This document shows, one piece after another, positions 38,471-48,212 of a stretch of DNA of 64,000 nucleotides. The stretch is from assembly GCA_947625765.1 (NCBI GenBank), contig CANQPP010000003.1, positions 29,138 to 93,137 of the forward strand, in the 5' to 3' direction. Within the stretch, counting starts at the first letter, position 1. Each line of letters starts with the position of its first letter. The position numbers and the translations under genes were made by a program. The notes beneath the pieces were generated by a model. The model saw only the letters and a program-made list of their open reading frames with translations, was not told the origin of the DNA and searched no databases. The stretch is from an uncultured Clostridia bacterium. GTDB taxonomy: Bacteria; Bacillota; Clostridia; Christensenellales; UBA1750.

Positions 38471-39892
38471 CTAGAAGCGGAAGTCGCGCAGGCCCTGGGC
38501 GATCTTGTCCAGGTGGTCCTTGCAAACCTCACGCACCTTGTCCTTGGGGATGTTGTAAAGCTCCGCCTCGATCAGCTTTTCGCCGATGGCTTTCGTTTCC
38601 TCGCTCGCGTAGTCCATCAGGAACTCCTTTAAGGTCAGCAGGGCGTTGGGGTGGCAGCAGTTCTGGATCTGCCCGGCCTTGCACAGGGACATGAAGCGGT
38701 CGCCGGTGCGGCCCTCGCGGTAGCAGGCGGTGCAGAAGGAGGGGATGTAGCCCAGCTCCATCAGCCAGCGGACCACCTCGTCCAGGCTGCGCTGGTCGGA
38801 GACGTCGAACTGCTCGGTGTCGTGGGGCCGCTCGTCCTCGGCGTAGCCGCCCACGGAGGTGCGGGACGCGCCGCTGATCTGGGAAACGCCCAAGGGGATC
38901 ACCATCTCGCGCACCGCCTGGCTCTCGCGGGTGGAGATGATCATGCCGGTGTAGGGCACGGCGATGCGCACCAAGGCGCAGAGCTTGGCGAAAATTTCAT
39001 CGGAGATGGAGTTGTCGAAGGCGCTGGGGTCGATGTCGTCGGCGTGCTTGATGCGCGGCATGCTGATGGTGTGCGGGCCCACGCCGTGCACGGCCTCCAA
39101 ATGTTCGGCGTGCATGAGCAGCCCGGCGAACTCGTAGCGGTACATCTCCAGCCCGAAGAGCACGCCCAGGCCCACGTCGTCGATGCCGCCCTGCATGGCG
39201 CGGTCCATGGCCTCGGTGTGGTAGTTGTAGTCGTGCTTGGGGCCGGTGGGGTGTAGCTGCAGGTAGCTCTCCTTGTGGTAGGTCTCCTGGAAGAGTATGT
39301 AGGTGCCGATGCCGGCTTCCTTGAGCTTGCGATAGTTCTCCACCGTGGTGGCGGCGATGTTCACGTTGACGCGGCGGATGGCGCCATTCTTATGCTTGAT
39401 GGAGTAGATGGTGTTAATGCACTCCAAAATGTACTCGATGGGGTTCATCTTCGGGTCCTCGCCCGCCTCGATGGCCAGGCGCTTGTGCCCCATGTCCTGC
39501 AAGGCGATCACCTCGCGCTCGACCTCCTCCTGGGTGAGCTTCTTGCGCGGGATGTGCTTGTTCTTCATGTGGTAGGGGCAGTAGACGCAGCCGTTGACGC
39601 AGTAGTTGGACAGGTACAGGGGCGCGAAGATCACGATGCGGTTGCCGTAGAAATCCTTCTTGATCTGCTTGGCCAGCGCGTACATCCGCTGGACCCGCTC
39701 CGGGTCCTCGCAGGCCAGCAGGACGGAGGCGTCCCGGTGGGACAGGCCCTTGCGCTCCTCGGCCTTGTTAAGAATCTCGTCCACCAGCTTCAAATCGTCC
39801 TTGTGGGCGTCCGCATAGGCCAGCGTCTCCACGATCTCCTCGTGGTTGATGAACTCGTCCGCGATCAGGGATTTGGGGTCGTAACGGTACAT
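38471..39892 (-). CDS. hydG: [FeFe] hydrogenase maturation radical SAM protein
   Basis: NYCVNGCVYC, FQETYH, GPHTIS, SFCTACYR, CHPNA, RDFRF. Confidence 0.95.
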   Translation of the reverse strand: MYRYDPKSLIADEFINHEEIVETLAYADAHKDDLKLVDEILNKAEERKGLSHRDASVLLACEDPERVQRMYALAKQIKKDFYGNRIVIFAPLYLSNYCVNGCVYCPYHMKNKHIPRKKLTQEEVEREVIALQDMGHKRLAIEAGEDPKMNPIEYILECINTIYSIKHKNGAIRRVNVNIAATTVENYRKLKEAGIGTYILFQETYHKESYLQLHPTGPKHDYNYHTEAMDRAMQGGIDDVGLGVLFGLEMYRYEFAGLLMHAEHLEAVHGVGPHTISMPRIKHADDIDPSAFDNSISDEIFAKLCALVRIAVPYTGMIISTRESQAVREMVIPLGVSQISGASRTSVGGYAEDERPHDTEQFDVSDQRSLDEVVRWLMELGYIPSFCTACYREGRTGDRFMSLCKAGQIQNCCHPNALLTLKEFLMDYASEETKAIGEKLIEAELYNIPKDKVREVCKDHLDKIAQGLRDFRF

Positions 39893-40254
39893 GTCTCTTC
39901 TCATCCTTTCTTTCGGGTCAGGCATGGCTTCCCCGTCAGCTTGGGTTTTTTTAAGATCGGGCAGAGAAAAGCCGCCTTCCCTCTTTTCGCCTTTTCATAA
40001 GCGGCAAAACAGGGAAAGCGGCTTTACTTATCACGTCATTTTTGGGGCGCAAAAAAACAGGCGCCCGCATATCGGCATCCAGACCCTGTGACTTATGGTT
40101 CAGCCGCGCTTTGCCGTCAGAAAAGGGCGAAAGGGGGAGCGGGTCGCCCGCCCTCTCTGCCTACCATCATACAGCAAGCGGCCTTCCCGCGCAAGTTAAA
40201 AGATGAAGGGCAAAGAAACAGAGGCGGCTCCCTGCCGCCCCTGTCGTTGTTGAT

Positions 40255-40908
40255 TTATAGATCCAGCGCCTTTTCCAGCTTGCGCTTGACGCGCTGCAGG
40301 GCGTTGTCGATGGACTTTACGTGCCGCCCTAGGTCCTTGGCGATCTCCTGGTAGCTCTTGCCGTCCAGGTAGGCGCGCAGCACCTGCTGTTCCAGGTCGG
40401 AGAGCACCTGGCCGATGCGGTCCTCGATGCTGGAATAGTCCTCGCGGCTGATGAGCAGCTCCTCGGGGCTGACCACGCGGCCCTCGGCCAGCACGTCCAA
40501 CAGGGTGCGGTCGGACTCCTCGTCGTAGATGGGCCGGTTCAGGGAGACGTAGGAGTTAAGGGGGATGTGCTTCTGCCGGGTGGCGGTCTTGATGGCGGTG
40601 ATGATCTGGCGGGTGATGCACAGCTCCGCGAAGGCGCGGAAGGAGCTTAGCTTATCCTCGCGGAAGTCGCGGATGGCCTTGAACAGGCCGATCATCCCCT
40701 CCTGCACGATGTCCTCGTGGTCCGCGCCGATGAGGAAATAGCTGCGGGCTTTGGAGCGGACGAAGTTCTTGTACTTGTTCAGCAGGAACTCCAGCGCCTG
40801 CTCGTCCCCGTCGCCCGCCATTTCCACGATCTGCTCGTCCTCCAGCCCGGCGAAGCGGCCCTCCTGTTCGGGGGGCATCTCCGGCTCGTCCCAATCATTG
40901 ATCGTCAT
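40255..40908 (-). CDS. sigH: RNA polymerase sigma factor SigH
   Basis: KARSYFLIGAD, QEGMIGL, ATRQKHIPLNSYVSL, KSIDNALQRVKRK. Confidence 0.96.
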   Translation of the reverse strand: MTINDWDEPEMPPEQEGRFAGLEDEQIVEMAGDGDEQALEFLLNKYKNFVRSKARSYFLIGADHEDIVQEGMIGLFKAIRDFREDKLSSFRAFAELCITRQIITAIKTATRQKHIPLNSYVSLNRPIYDEESDRTLLDVLAEGRVVSPEELLISREDYSSIEDRIGQVLSDLEQQVLRAYLDGKSYQEIAKDLGRHVKSIDNALQRVKRKLEKALDL

Positions 40909-41422
40909 GTCCACGCCTGATCCTTTCCAAATACTCTCGCTGCGCCTGGGTCAGCCTGTCCTCGAAGGTGGCCGCCTTCACCTTTTTCTGTTCGCTCTGC
41001 TCGCGGTTGCGCTTCCTGCGGGCGTTCTGCATCTCGCGCCTGAGCTCCGCGGCGGACATGCGCACCGCCCCGCGGGAGAGGATCACCGACTGCTCCAGGG
41101 CGTCATTGGTGGCCACGCGCACGTCCGCGTGGGCGTAGCGGGGAACGCCGTCCAGAAACACGTCCACGGCCCGCTCGATGTAGTGGTCGGCCGTCTCGTG
41201 CTGGCGGGTGTAGACCACGGTGATGCCGAAGACCTGCTCCACGGTGGGCGCGAGCCTGCTGCCCGCGTAGCCGTCGAACACCAGCGTCACCTGGTGGCCG
41301 GTGTAGCCCGCGTAGTCCGCCAGGGAATGGATCAGCTTGTCCCTGGAAAGGGACAGGTCCTCGATCCCCTGGAACTCCGGCCACGCGCCTATGATGTTGT
41401 AGCCGTCCACGATCAGGAACAC
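40895..41422 (-). CDS. yacP: NYN domain ribonuclease (YacP/Rae1)
   Basis: LIVDGYNII, VFDG, ETADHYIE, VATND; conserved position between rlmB and sigH. Confidence 0.9.
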   Translation of the reverse strand: MFLIVDGYNIIGAWPEFQGIEDLSLSRDKLIHSLADYAGYTGHQVTLVFDGYAGSRLAPTVEQVFGITVVYTRQHETADHYIERAVDVFLDGVPRYAHADVRVATNDALEQSVILSRGAVRMSAAELRREMQNARRKRNREQSEQKKVKAATFEDRLTQAQREYLERIRRGHDDQ

Positions 41423-42171
41423 CGCTGCTTCGCCGCCTCGTACAGCAGGATGCCCGCGGCCACGGAGGCGTTGAGCGAGGAGATGCGGCCCTTTAGGGGA
41501 ATGGAGACCGCGCCGTCGCAGCGCTCGCGCACCAGGTGGGAAACGCCCTCGCCCTCGGCCCCGATCACAAGGCCCAAGGGCCCCTTCAGGTCCGCCCGCT
41601 CCACGGGCGTGCCGTCCATGTCCGCGGCGTAGAGCCAGAGACCCTTCTCCTTCAGCTCCTCCATGGCCCTGACCAGGTTTTTCACCTTGGCCAGCTTCAC
41701 CCACTCCGCGGCCCCGGCGGAGGCCTTCACCGCGGCGGGGGTCAGCGTGGCGGCGCGGCGCTCGGGGATCACCACGCCGTGGGCGCCCAGGCACTCGCAG
41801 GAGCGCAGGATGGCTCCCAAGTTGTGGGGATCGGTGATGGAATCCAGCAGCACCACGAAGGGCGGCTCGTTTTTCTCCGCCGCCACGGCCAGTATGTCGT
41901 CCAGCGTCGCGTAGGGGAAGGGCGGCGTCACGGCGGCTATGCCCTGATGGGCGGCGGCCAGCTCGTCCAGGCGGCGGCGGTCCACCTCCTGCACGGGGAT
42001 CTTTCTCTCCCTGGCCATGGCGAGCAGCTCCCGCATGGAGCCGGAGTTCTCGCCCTTTGCCACCAGCAGCTTGTCGATGGCCCTGCCGGAGCGCAGCGCC
42101 TCGCGGATGGGGTTGCGGCCCACCAGCAGGTTCTCCGGCGTTTCGGGAATCGGCCTCCTATTCTTCTCCAT
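41413..42171 (-). CDS. rlmB: 23S rRNA G2251 2'-O-methyltransferase
   Basis: GRNPIREAL, HQGI, DPHNLGAILRS, IGAEGEG, SLNASVA. Confidence 0.93.
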   Translation of the reverse strand: MEKNRRPIPETPENLLVGRNPIREALRSGRAIDKLLVAKGENSGSMRELLAMARERKIPVQEVDRRRLDELAAAHQGIAAVTPPFPYATLDDILAVAAEKNEPPFVVLLDSITDPHNLGAILRSCECLGAHGVVIPERRAATLTPAAVKASAGAAEWVKLAKVKNLVRAMEELKEKGLWLYAADMDGTPVERADLKGPLGLVIGAEGEGVSHLVRERCDGAVSIPLKGRISSLNASVAAGILLYEAAKQRCS

Positions 42172-42895
42172 GGGAACGCCTCCTCTCGTGGCGCTGCCGC
42201 ACCTCGGCCGCCCGGCCGCAGCTGCGCTTGCCCTCGGGGCAGGGACCCCGCAGGCAGGAAGGCCCCGCGTTCTCGAAGATGGTGGGGGCCAGGGGGTAGA
42301 CCAGGTCCAGCATGCGGTTGGCCAGCTCGCAGATCTCCCACTGGGCGCGGTTGCAGCAGCGCAGGGAGAAGAAGTGCAAAAGCTCCCGGGCGTTCATGGT
42401 CATCACGATGCGGGTGGCCGCCGCGCCAGGCAGCACGAAGCGGGCGTCCTCGGCGCTGTTTTCGCCCAAAAGATGGGACCACTCGTCGTACCAGTCCTGT
42501 ATGGTCTGCATCTGCTCCCGGAAGCGCTCGACCGCCTCCGGCCCAAGGGCGCGGATGCGCGGGGGCAGGCAGTAGTCGAACAGGGCCTGTCCCTCTTGGG
42601 AGACGTACCTCTGGGACTGCACGGAGAAGCTGGCCAGCCTGTGCCGGGTGATCTGGGCCAGCAGCGTGCGGGAGACGCCCTCGATGCCAAAGGTGAAGCT
42701 GGCGTGCTCGATCACGGAAGTGTGGCCGCTGCCCAGCACCCCGCGGATGTAGGGGCCGTTGTCGCGCTTTTCTGCCATCTCGCGCAGGGCGTCCAGATCC
42801 TTGGCGGAATAGCAGGTGCGCGAGGCCGTGGAGATGAGCTTCTCCGGGTCCGGCGTGTAGGCGAGCAGTTCCACATGCAGCTGTACTTCGGGCAT
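42158..42895 (-). CDS. thyX: FAD-dependent thymidylate synthase
   Basis: GHTSVIEH, RHRLASFSVQSQRY, EDARFVLP, MNAREL, AQWEI. Confidence 0.95.
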   Translation of the reverse strand: MPEVQLHVELLAYTPDPEKLISTASRTCYSAKDLDALREMAEKRDNGPYIRGVLGSGHTSVIEHASFTFGIEGVSRTLLAQITRHRLASFSVQSQRYVSQEGQALFDYCLPPRIRALGPEAVERFREQMQTIQDWYDEWSHLLGENSAEDARFVLPGAAATRIVMTMNARELLHFFSLRCCNRAQWEICELANRMLDLVYPLAPTIFENAGPSCLRGPCPEGKRSCGRAAEVRQRHERRRSHGEE

Positions 42896-42934
42896 GGAGC
42901 GGGTCCTCCTTATATTTATTGGCGGGGATTAAGA

Positions 42935-43342
42935 TCAGAGGGAGCTTAGGGCGCGGTCCAGCAGGAAGGCGAGCCTCTCCTCCTGGCCGCTCAGATACAG
43001 AAAGCCCAGCAGGGCCTCCAGGCCGGTGGCGTGGGCGTAATCGGCGGGGTCGGCGTTGCGGGGCGGGCGGGAGTGGGCGTTGCGGCCGCGGCGGCAGACG
43101 TCCGCTTCCTCCTCGGTGAGCAGGGGCTCCAGCGCCAGCAGGGCCCGCGCCTGGGCCGCGCAGTTGACCTGCGCCACGGCGGCGCGGTGCATCTGCTTGG
43201 GGGCCGTGGGAGAAACGAGCAGCAGGCGGGTGCGCACGTACAGATCGAACACCGTGTCGCCCGCAAAGGCCAGCTGCACGGGGTTCAAAAGGCGCGCCCT
43301 CTGCGGGGACAGGGGAGCGTCCGTCGGGAAGAAGCCCAGCAA
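42935..43342 (-). CDS. mrnC: Mini-ribonuclease III (start uncertain)
   Basis: LAFAGDTVF, RRGRNA, YAHATGLEALLGFLYL. Confidence 0.88.
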   Translation of the reverse strand: MLGFFPTDAPLSPQRARLLNPVQLAFAGDTVFDLYVRTRLLLVSPTAPKQMHRAAVAQVNCAAQARALLALEPLLTEEEADVCRRGRNAHSRPPRNADPADYAHATGLEALLGFLYLSGQEERLAFLLDRALSSL

Positions 43343-43635
43343 GGAAACACCTTCTTCACGGCCCTTTTTTAAAGAGAAGGGCCCCATTCGATCGTCACCA
43401 ATCAGTATAACAGTTCCCGTTCCGTATTGCAATGCGGCGGGGCGAAAAAAAGAGGGATACCCTTTTTTACCGCCCCGTATTTGAACGAGCCCCTCCGCGT
43501 TTGCGTTGCAGCAAGGCCCGAAAGATGTCTGGAGGTACGTTGAAGTAAAAAGAAGTCTGTGGTATGATGGAAGGGAGGTCAAAACGATTTTTTGGATAAC
43601 CGCGTTTCTTTTAAGAAAGGAGCTGCCGACACAAG

Positions 43636-44346
43636 ATGTTTTTCCCCTATGGGTATTACGGTTACGGGATGAATGGATCCCTGCTTCTCGTGCTGCTGGC
43701 CGCCGTGCTGGGCGTGCTCGCCCAGTCCGCCGTGCAGAAGCAGTATAAAAAGTATTCCGCCGTGCACGCCATGAGCGGCGTCACGGCCGCGCAGGCGGCG
43801 CAGGCGCTGCTTTCCCAGGCGGGCATCTACGACGTGCGCATAGAGCGCAGCGGCCGGGCGGGCCTGTCCGACCACTACGACCCCAAGACAAAGACGCTGC
43901 GTTTGTCCGACGGGGTGATGAACTCCGCCTCCATCGCGGCGCTGGGCGTCGCGGCCCACGAGTGCGGCCACGCCATGCAGCACGACCAGGAATACCTGCC
44001 CCTGCGGATGCGCAATTCCCTGGTGCCCATGGTGAACCTGGCCTCCAACCTGTCCATGCCCCTGTTCATCATCGGGCTGCTCATGAGCTTTTCCCAGCTG
44101 GCGATGATCGGGGCGGCCCTGTACTTCTTCGGCGTGGTGTTCCAGCTGATCACGCTGCCCGTGGAGCTGAACGCCTCCTCCCGGGCCCTGAACGCGCTGG
44201 AGAGCACGGGCCTGCTCACCCGGGACGAGCTGCCCGGCGCGCGGAAGGTGCTCACCGCGGCGGCCTCCACCTACATCGCGGCGGCGCTCATGTCCATCGC
44301 CCAGTTCCTGCGGCTCTACGGCATCGCCAGCCGCGACCGCCGCTGA
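43636..44346 (+). CDS. YugP-like membrane zinc metallopeptidase
   Basis: LSDHYDP, AAHECGHA, TLPVELNAS, AASTY. Confidence 0.9.
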   Translation: MFFPYGYYGYGMNGSLLLVLLAAVLGVLAQSAVQKQYKKYSAVHAMSGVTAAQAAQALLSQAGIYDVRIERSGRAGLSDHYDPKTKTLRLSDGVMNSASIAALGVAAHECGHAMQHDQEYLPLRMRNSLVPMVNLASNLSMPLFIIGLLMSFSQLAMIGAALYFFGVVFQLITLPVELNASSRALNALESTGLLTRDELPGARKVLTAAASTYIAAALMSIAQFLRLYGIASRDRR

Positions 44347-44365
44347 CCTTCAAGGAGTATCACAC

Positions 44366-44887
44366 ATGGACGCAAGGACGAGAAGGCGGCAGCTCCTAAA
44401 GGCCTTAGAGGACGCCGGCGGCCCCATCACCGGCGGCGAGCTGGCCCAAAGGCTCAAGGTGAGCCGGCAGGTGATCGTGGGCGACGTGGCCCTGCTGCGC
44501 GCAGAGGGCGCGGCCATCTACGCAACGCCCGCGGGCTACCTCCTGCCGCCTAAGGCCCATTCGGGCGCGCGGCGGGTGATCGCGGCCTGCCATCTGGGCG
44601 AGGACGCCCTGCTGGACGAGCTGATGACCGTGGTGCGCTTAGGGGGCACGGTGGAGGATGTTTCCATCGAGCACAAGCTGTACGGCGAGTTCCGCTCGCC
44701 CCTGCTGATCGGCACCGAGGCCCGGGCCCTGCGCTTTGCCCAGAGCCTGCGGGAGAGCGGAATGGAGCCCCTTTCCCGGCTGACCGGCGGCGTGCACCTG
44801 CACACTCTGCTGGCCCCGGACGAGGAAACGCTGGACAGGATCGAGCGGGCGCTGGATGAAAAGGGCTATCTTTTGAAAGACCTATAA
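44366..44887 (+). CDS. NiaR-type (HTH + 3H domain) transcription repressor
   Basis: VSRQVIVGDVALLRA, ATPAGY, EHKLYGE, LTGGVHLH. Confidence 0.9.
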   Translation: MDARTRRRQLLKALEDAGGPITGGELAQRLKVSRQVIVGDVALLRAEGAAIYATPAGYLLPPKAHSGARRVIAACHLGEDALLDELMTVVRLGGTVEDVSIEHKLYGEFRSPLLIGTEARALRFAQSLRESGMEPLSRLTGGVHLHTLLAPDEETLDRIERALDEKGYLLKDL

Positions 44888-44988
44888 AATAAGGGAACCG
44901 GCGGCGGGCTTTCGCCGTCTAAGGGGAACGGAAAAACAAAAGGGGAGAAAAGTCCCCCTGAATGACAAAATAGGACGGTGCATTTCCC

Positions 44989-45513
44989 ATGAAGACGATC
45001 AAGAGGATCTCTGCCCTGCTCTACGCGCTTTTGTTCCTGCTGCTCACCGCCTGCGCGGGCGCTCCCACCCCCGACTACACGCCGGAGGAGATCTTGGACG
45101 CGGTGCGTGAGGCCTACGGCGACAACTACCTGCCCGACAGCGCCATGGACGAAACGTACATCACCGACGTGCTGGGGATCGACCTTACACAGGTGGACGC
45201 CTTCGCGGGCGAGATGCCCATGATCAGCCTGCAGGCCGACCGCGTGCTGATCTTAAAGGCCAAGGAGGGCAAGGGCGCGGACGTGGAGACGGACGTGCTG
45301 GACGCTCTGGACGAGATCAAGGCCCAGGTGAGCTTCTACCCCATGAGCATGGCCAAGGCCAATGCCGCCAAGGTGGTGCGCCACGGCGATTACGTGTGCC
45401 TGCTGATGGTGGGCGCGCCGGACGATACCTCCGAGACGGATGAGGAGGCCGCCGCCTTCGCCGAGGAGCAGGTGCTCCTGGCCGTGGACGCGGTGGACGC
45501 CCTGTTCAAGTAA
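44989..45513 (+). CDS. DUF4358-like lipoprotein
   Basis: LTAC lipobox; precedes MBOAT-DHHW as is usual for this family. Confidence 0.7.
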   Translation: MKTIKRISALLYALLFLLLTACAGAPTPDYTPEEILDAVREAYGDNYLPDSAMDETYITDVLGIDLTQVDAFAGEMPMISLQADRVLILKAKEGKGADVETDVLDALDEIKAQVSFYPMSMAKANAAKVVRHGDYVCLLMVGAPDDTSETDEEAAAFAEEQVLLAVDAVDALFK

Positions 45514-45598
45514 GCGGCGATCAAATAAGGCCGAGGCGCACGCCCCGGCCTTCTCTTGACACAGCACTACTTAAAATTTGGAAAGGAGGCGCTCCCGT

Positions 45599-46999
45599 AT
45601 GGTGTTCAGCGGCGCCGCCTTTTTGTTTTACTTCCTGCCCCTGGCCTTAGCCCTCAACGCCCTTGCGCCGGGCCGCTGGAAGAACGCCGCGCTGTTTTTG
45701 TGCAGCCTCGTCTTTTACGCCTGGGGCGAGCCGGTGTACGTGCTGCTCCTGCTCTTTTCCTCCGTGGCCGACTACCTCTGCGGCCTGCTGGCGGAAAGTC
45801 AGCGCGGGCGGACCGGGGCCAAATGGGCCTTGGGGTTATCTCTCTTTGTGAACCTCTCCCTGCTCGGGGCGTTCAAGTACGCGGGCCTGTTCGTTTCCTC
45901 CTTCAATACGCTTACGGGCCTGCAGCTCCCCGTGCCGCAGCTGCGGCTGCCCATCGGCATCTCCTTTTATACCTTCCAGACCATGAGCTACACCATCGAC
46001 GTGTACCGCGGCCGCGTCCGCGCCCAGAGGGACTTCATCGCCTTCGCGGCCTTCGTGTCCATGTTCCCCCAGCTGGTAGCCGGGCCCATCGTGCGCTATT
46101 CGGACATCGAGAACTCCCTGCTCGACCGCCGCGCCACGCTGCGGGACTATTCGGACGGCGCCTGGCGCTTTACCGTCGGGCTCTCCAAGAAGCTGCTCCT
46201 TGCCAACGCGGCGGGGCAGGCCTTCGAGAACATCCGGCAGACCGCCTTTTCTGATCTGGGCGCGGCGGCGGCGTGGCTCGGGATCGTCTGCTTCTTCTTC
46301 CAAATCTACTTCGACTTTTCCGGCTATTCGGACATGGCCGTGGGACTGGGCCGCATGCTGGGCTTCACCTTCCCGGAGAACTTCGACCACCCCTACGCCT
46401 CCACCAGCGTCACCGAGTTTTGGCGCAGGTGGCACATGAGCCTGTCCGCCTGGTTCCGCGATTACGTCTACATCCCCTTGGGCGGCAACCGCAAAGGCCT
46501 CAAGCGGCAAATATTGAACCTGCTCATCACCTGGCTGCTCACGGGCCTTTGGCACGGGGCGGGCTGGAACTTCGCGCTGTGGGGGCTGTATTATTTCGCC
46601 TTCCTTGCCCTGGAGAAGCTCTGGCTGGGAAAGCGGCTGCAAAGGGCCCCCAGGGCCGTCGGCTGGGCCTACACGCTGCTGGTCACGCTGGTGGGCTGGA
46701 CGCTGTTCGCCTTCGACAGCGCTCGGGAGGGCGGGCAGTACCTCCTGCGCATGTTCGCGGGCGCGCCGCTGCTTTCCGGCGGCTTCCTCTACCGCTTCCG
46801 CAGCCTGTGGCCGCTGCTGCCGCTCATGGCCCTGGCCGCCTCGCCCCTGCCCGCGCGGCTGTGGGGAATGTGTGCAAAACGCATGGGCGAGAAGGCCGCG
46901 GGCGCGCTGCGGCTGCTGGCCATGGCGGCGCTGCTGCTTTTGTCCATCGCGTCGGTGGCCTCGGGCGGCTATGATCCCTTCCTGTATTTCCGCTTCTGA
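45599..46999 (+). CDS. MBOAT O-acyltransferase (AlgI/PatA-like)
   Basis: PIGISFYTFQ, FPQLVAGPI, DFSGYSD, FWRRWHMSLS, GLWHG, FLYFRF. Confidence 0.95.
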   Translation: MVFSGAAFLFYFLPLALALNALAPGRWKNAALFLCSLVFYAWGEPVYVLLLLFSSVADYLCGLLAESQRGRTGAKWALGLSLFVNLSLLGAFKYAGLFVSSFNTLTGLQLPVPQLRLPIGISFYTFQTMSYTIDVYRGRVRAQRDFIAFAAFVSMFPQLVAGPIVRYSDIENSLLDRRATLRDYSDGAWRFTVGLSKKLLLANAAGQAFENIRQTAFSDLGAAAAWLGIVCFFFQIYFDFSGYSDMAVGLGRMLGFTFPENFDHPYASTSVTEFWRRWHMSLSAWFRDYVYIPLGGNRKGLKRQILNLLITWLLTGLWHGAGWNFALWGLYYFAFLALEKLWLGKRLQRAPRAVGWAYTLLVTLVGWTLFAFDSAREGGQYLLRMFAGAPLLSGGFLYRFRSLWPLLPLMALAASPLPARLWGMCAKRMGEKAAGALRLLAMAALLLLSIASVASGGYDPFLYFRF

Positions 47000-47036
47000 C
47001 CTTTGAACAACTCCCCTTATGAGAGGAGGCTCCCCA

Positions 47037-48155
47037 ATGCGAAAGGTAAGCCTTGCAGGGGCCGCGGCCGTGCTGTTCACGGCGCTGCTGGTCCTGCCCT
47101 CGTTTCTTTCCCTCCTGCTGCCGGACCGCTACGTCTCCGAGCGGGAGCGGCGCGGCCTGCAGCAAAGGCCCACATTCAGCGCCGCCGGCCTGCTTTCGGG
47201 CCGGTACATGCAGGAGCTGGAGACCTACTTTTCCGACCAGCTCCCCCTGCGGGACGGCCTGGCGAGCCTGAACGCGGGCCTCTCCTTCTGCCTTGGGCAG
47301 CGGGAGTTCGCGTCATTTTACGTGGGGGACGGCCGCCTTTTGCAGGCGCAGCGGGGTCTAAACCAGGAGGACATGGAGAAGAACCTTTCCTATGTGGAGG
47401 CGCTGGCCGCCTCCCTGGACGTGCCCGTGACGCTGGCCCTTGCGCCGGGCAGTGCGGAGATCTACCCCGAGGCCCTGCCCTACGGCGGCATGGAGGACGA
47501 TCTCTCCCCCCTCTACGACAGCGCGAAGGGCCGCGCCTTCTCCTTATTGGACCTGCGGCCCGCCCTGCTGGCCCATAAGAACGAGGATATCTACTTTAAG
47601 ACCGACCACCACTGGACGAGCCTGGGGGCCGCATACGCCTGGGCCGCCTATGCGGAACAAAACGGCATCGACGCCCTGCCCCTGGGGGAATACGAAGAAA
47701 GGCCCTTGAGCGATACGTTCTACGGCACGGGCTGGGCGGCGGTCGGCCTGCCGGGCCTGCCTGCGGACACGCTGTTTTCCTACGACGGCGGGCAGCCGCT
47801 GAAACTCACCCAGAACGGGGATGAAAAGGAGAGGGACGGCCTGCTGTTCGAGGAGCATCTAAACAGCGCCGACCCCTATGCCGTGTATTTGAACGGCAAC
47901 CAGCCGCTCATCACCATCCAAGGCGGCGCGGCGAACGGCAGGCGGCTGCTGATCGTCAAGGATTCCTTCGCCAACTGCCTGGCCCAGTTCGCCGCCACGG
48001 ATGTGGAGCGGGTGGACCTCATCGACCTGCGCGCCTTCCGGGGCGACGTGGCATCTTACGCCCGGGAAATGGGCGCCACGGAGCTGCTGGTGCTCTACAA
48101 CATCAAAAACTTCTGCGAGGATAAAAACCTGTACCTGTTAAAGAAGGGAAGCTGA
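47037..48155 (+). CDS. DHHW family O-acetyltransferase partner
   Basis: YFKTDHHW, KDSFAN, DLR. Confidence 0.9.
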   Translation: MRKVSLAGAAAVLFTALLVLPSFLSLLLPDRYVSERERRGLQQRPTFSAAGLLSGRYMQELETYFSDQLPLRDGLASLNAGLSFCLGQREFASFYVGDGRLLQAQRGLNQEDMEKNLSYVEALAASLDVPVTLALAPGSAEIYPEALPYGGMEDDLSPLYDSAKGRAFSLLDLRPALLAHKNEDIYFKTDHHWTSLGAAYAWAAYAEQNGIDALPLGEYEERPLSDTFYGTGWAAVGLPGLPADTLFSYDGGQPLKLTQNGDEKERDGLLFEEHLNSADPYAVYLNGNQPLITIQGGAANGRRLLIVKDSFANCLAQFAATDVERVDLIDLRAFRGDVASYAREMGATELLVLYNIKNFCEDKNLYLLKKGS

Positions 48156-48212
48156 GGGGACTTACCGATATGACACCCTGCGTGATAAATCGGAGTTGAT
48201 CGAGGTAACTAT

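Noticed and set aside
42158-42895. thyX between mrnC and rlmB as an unusual insertion
   Set aside because: To my knowledge this order is common in Clostridia
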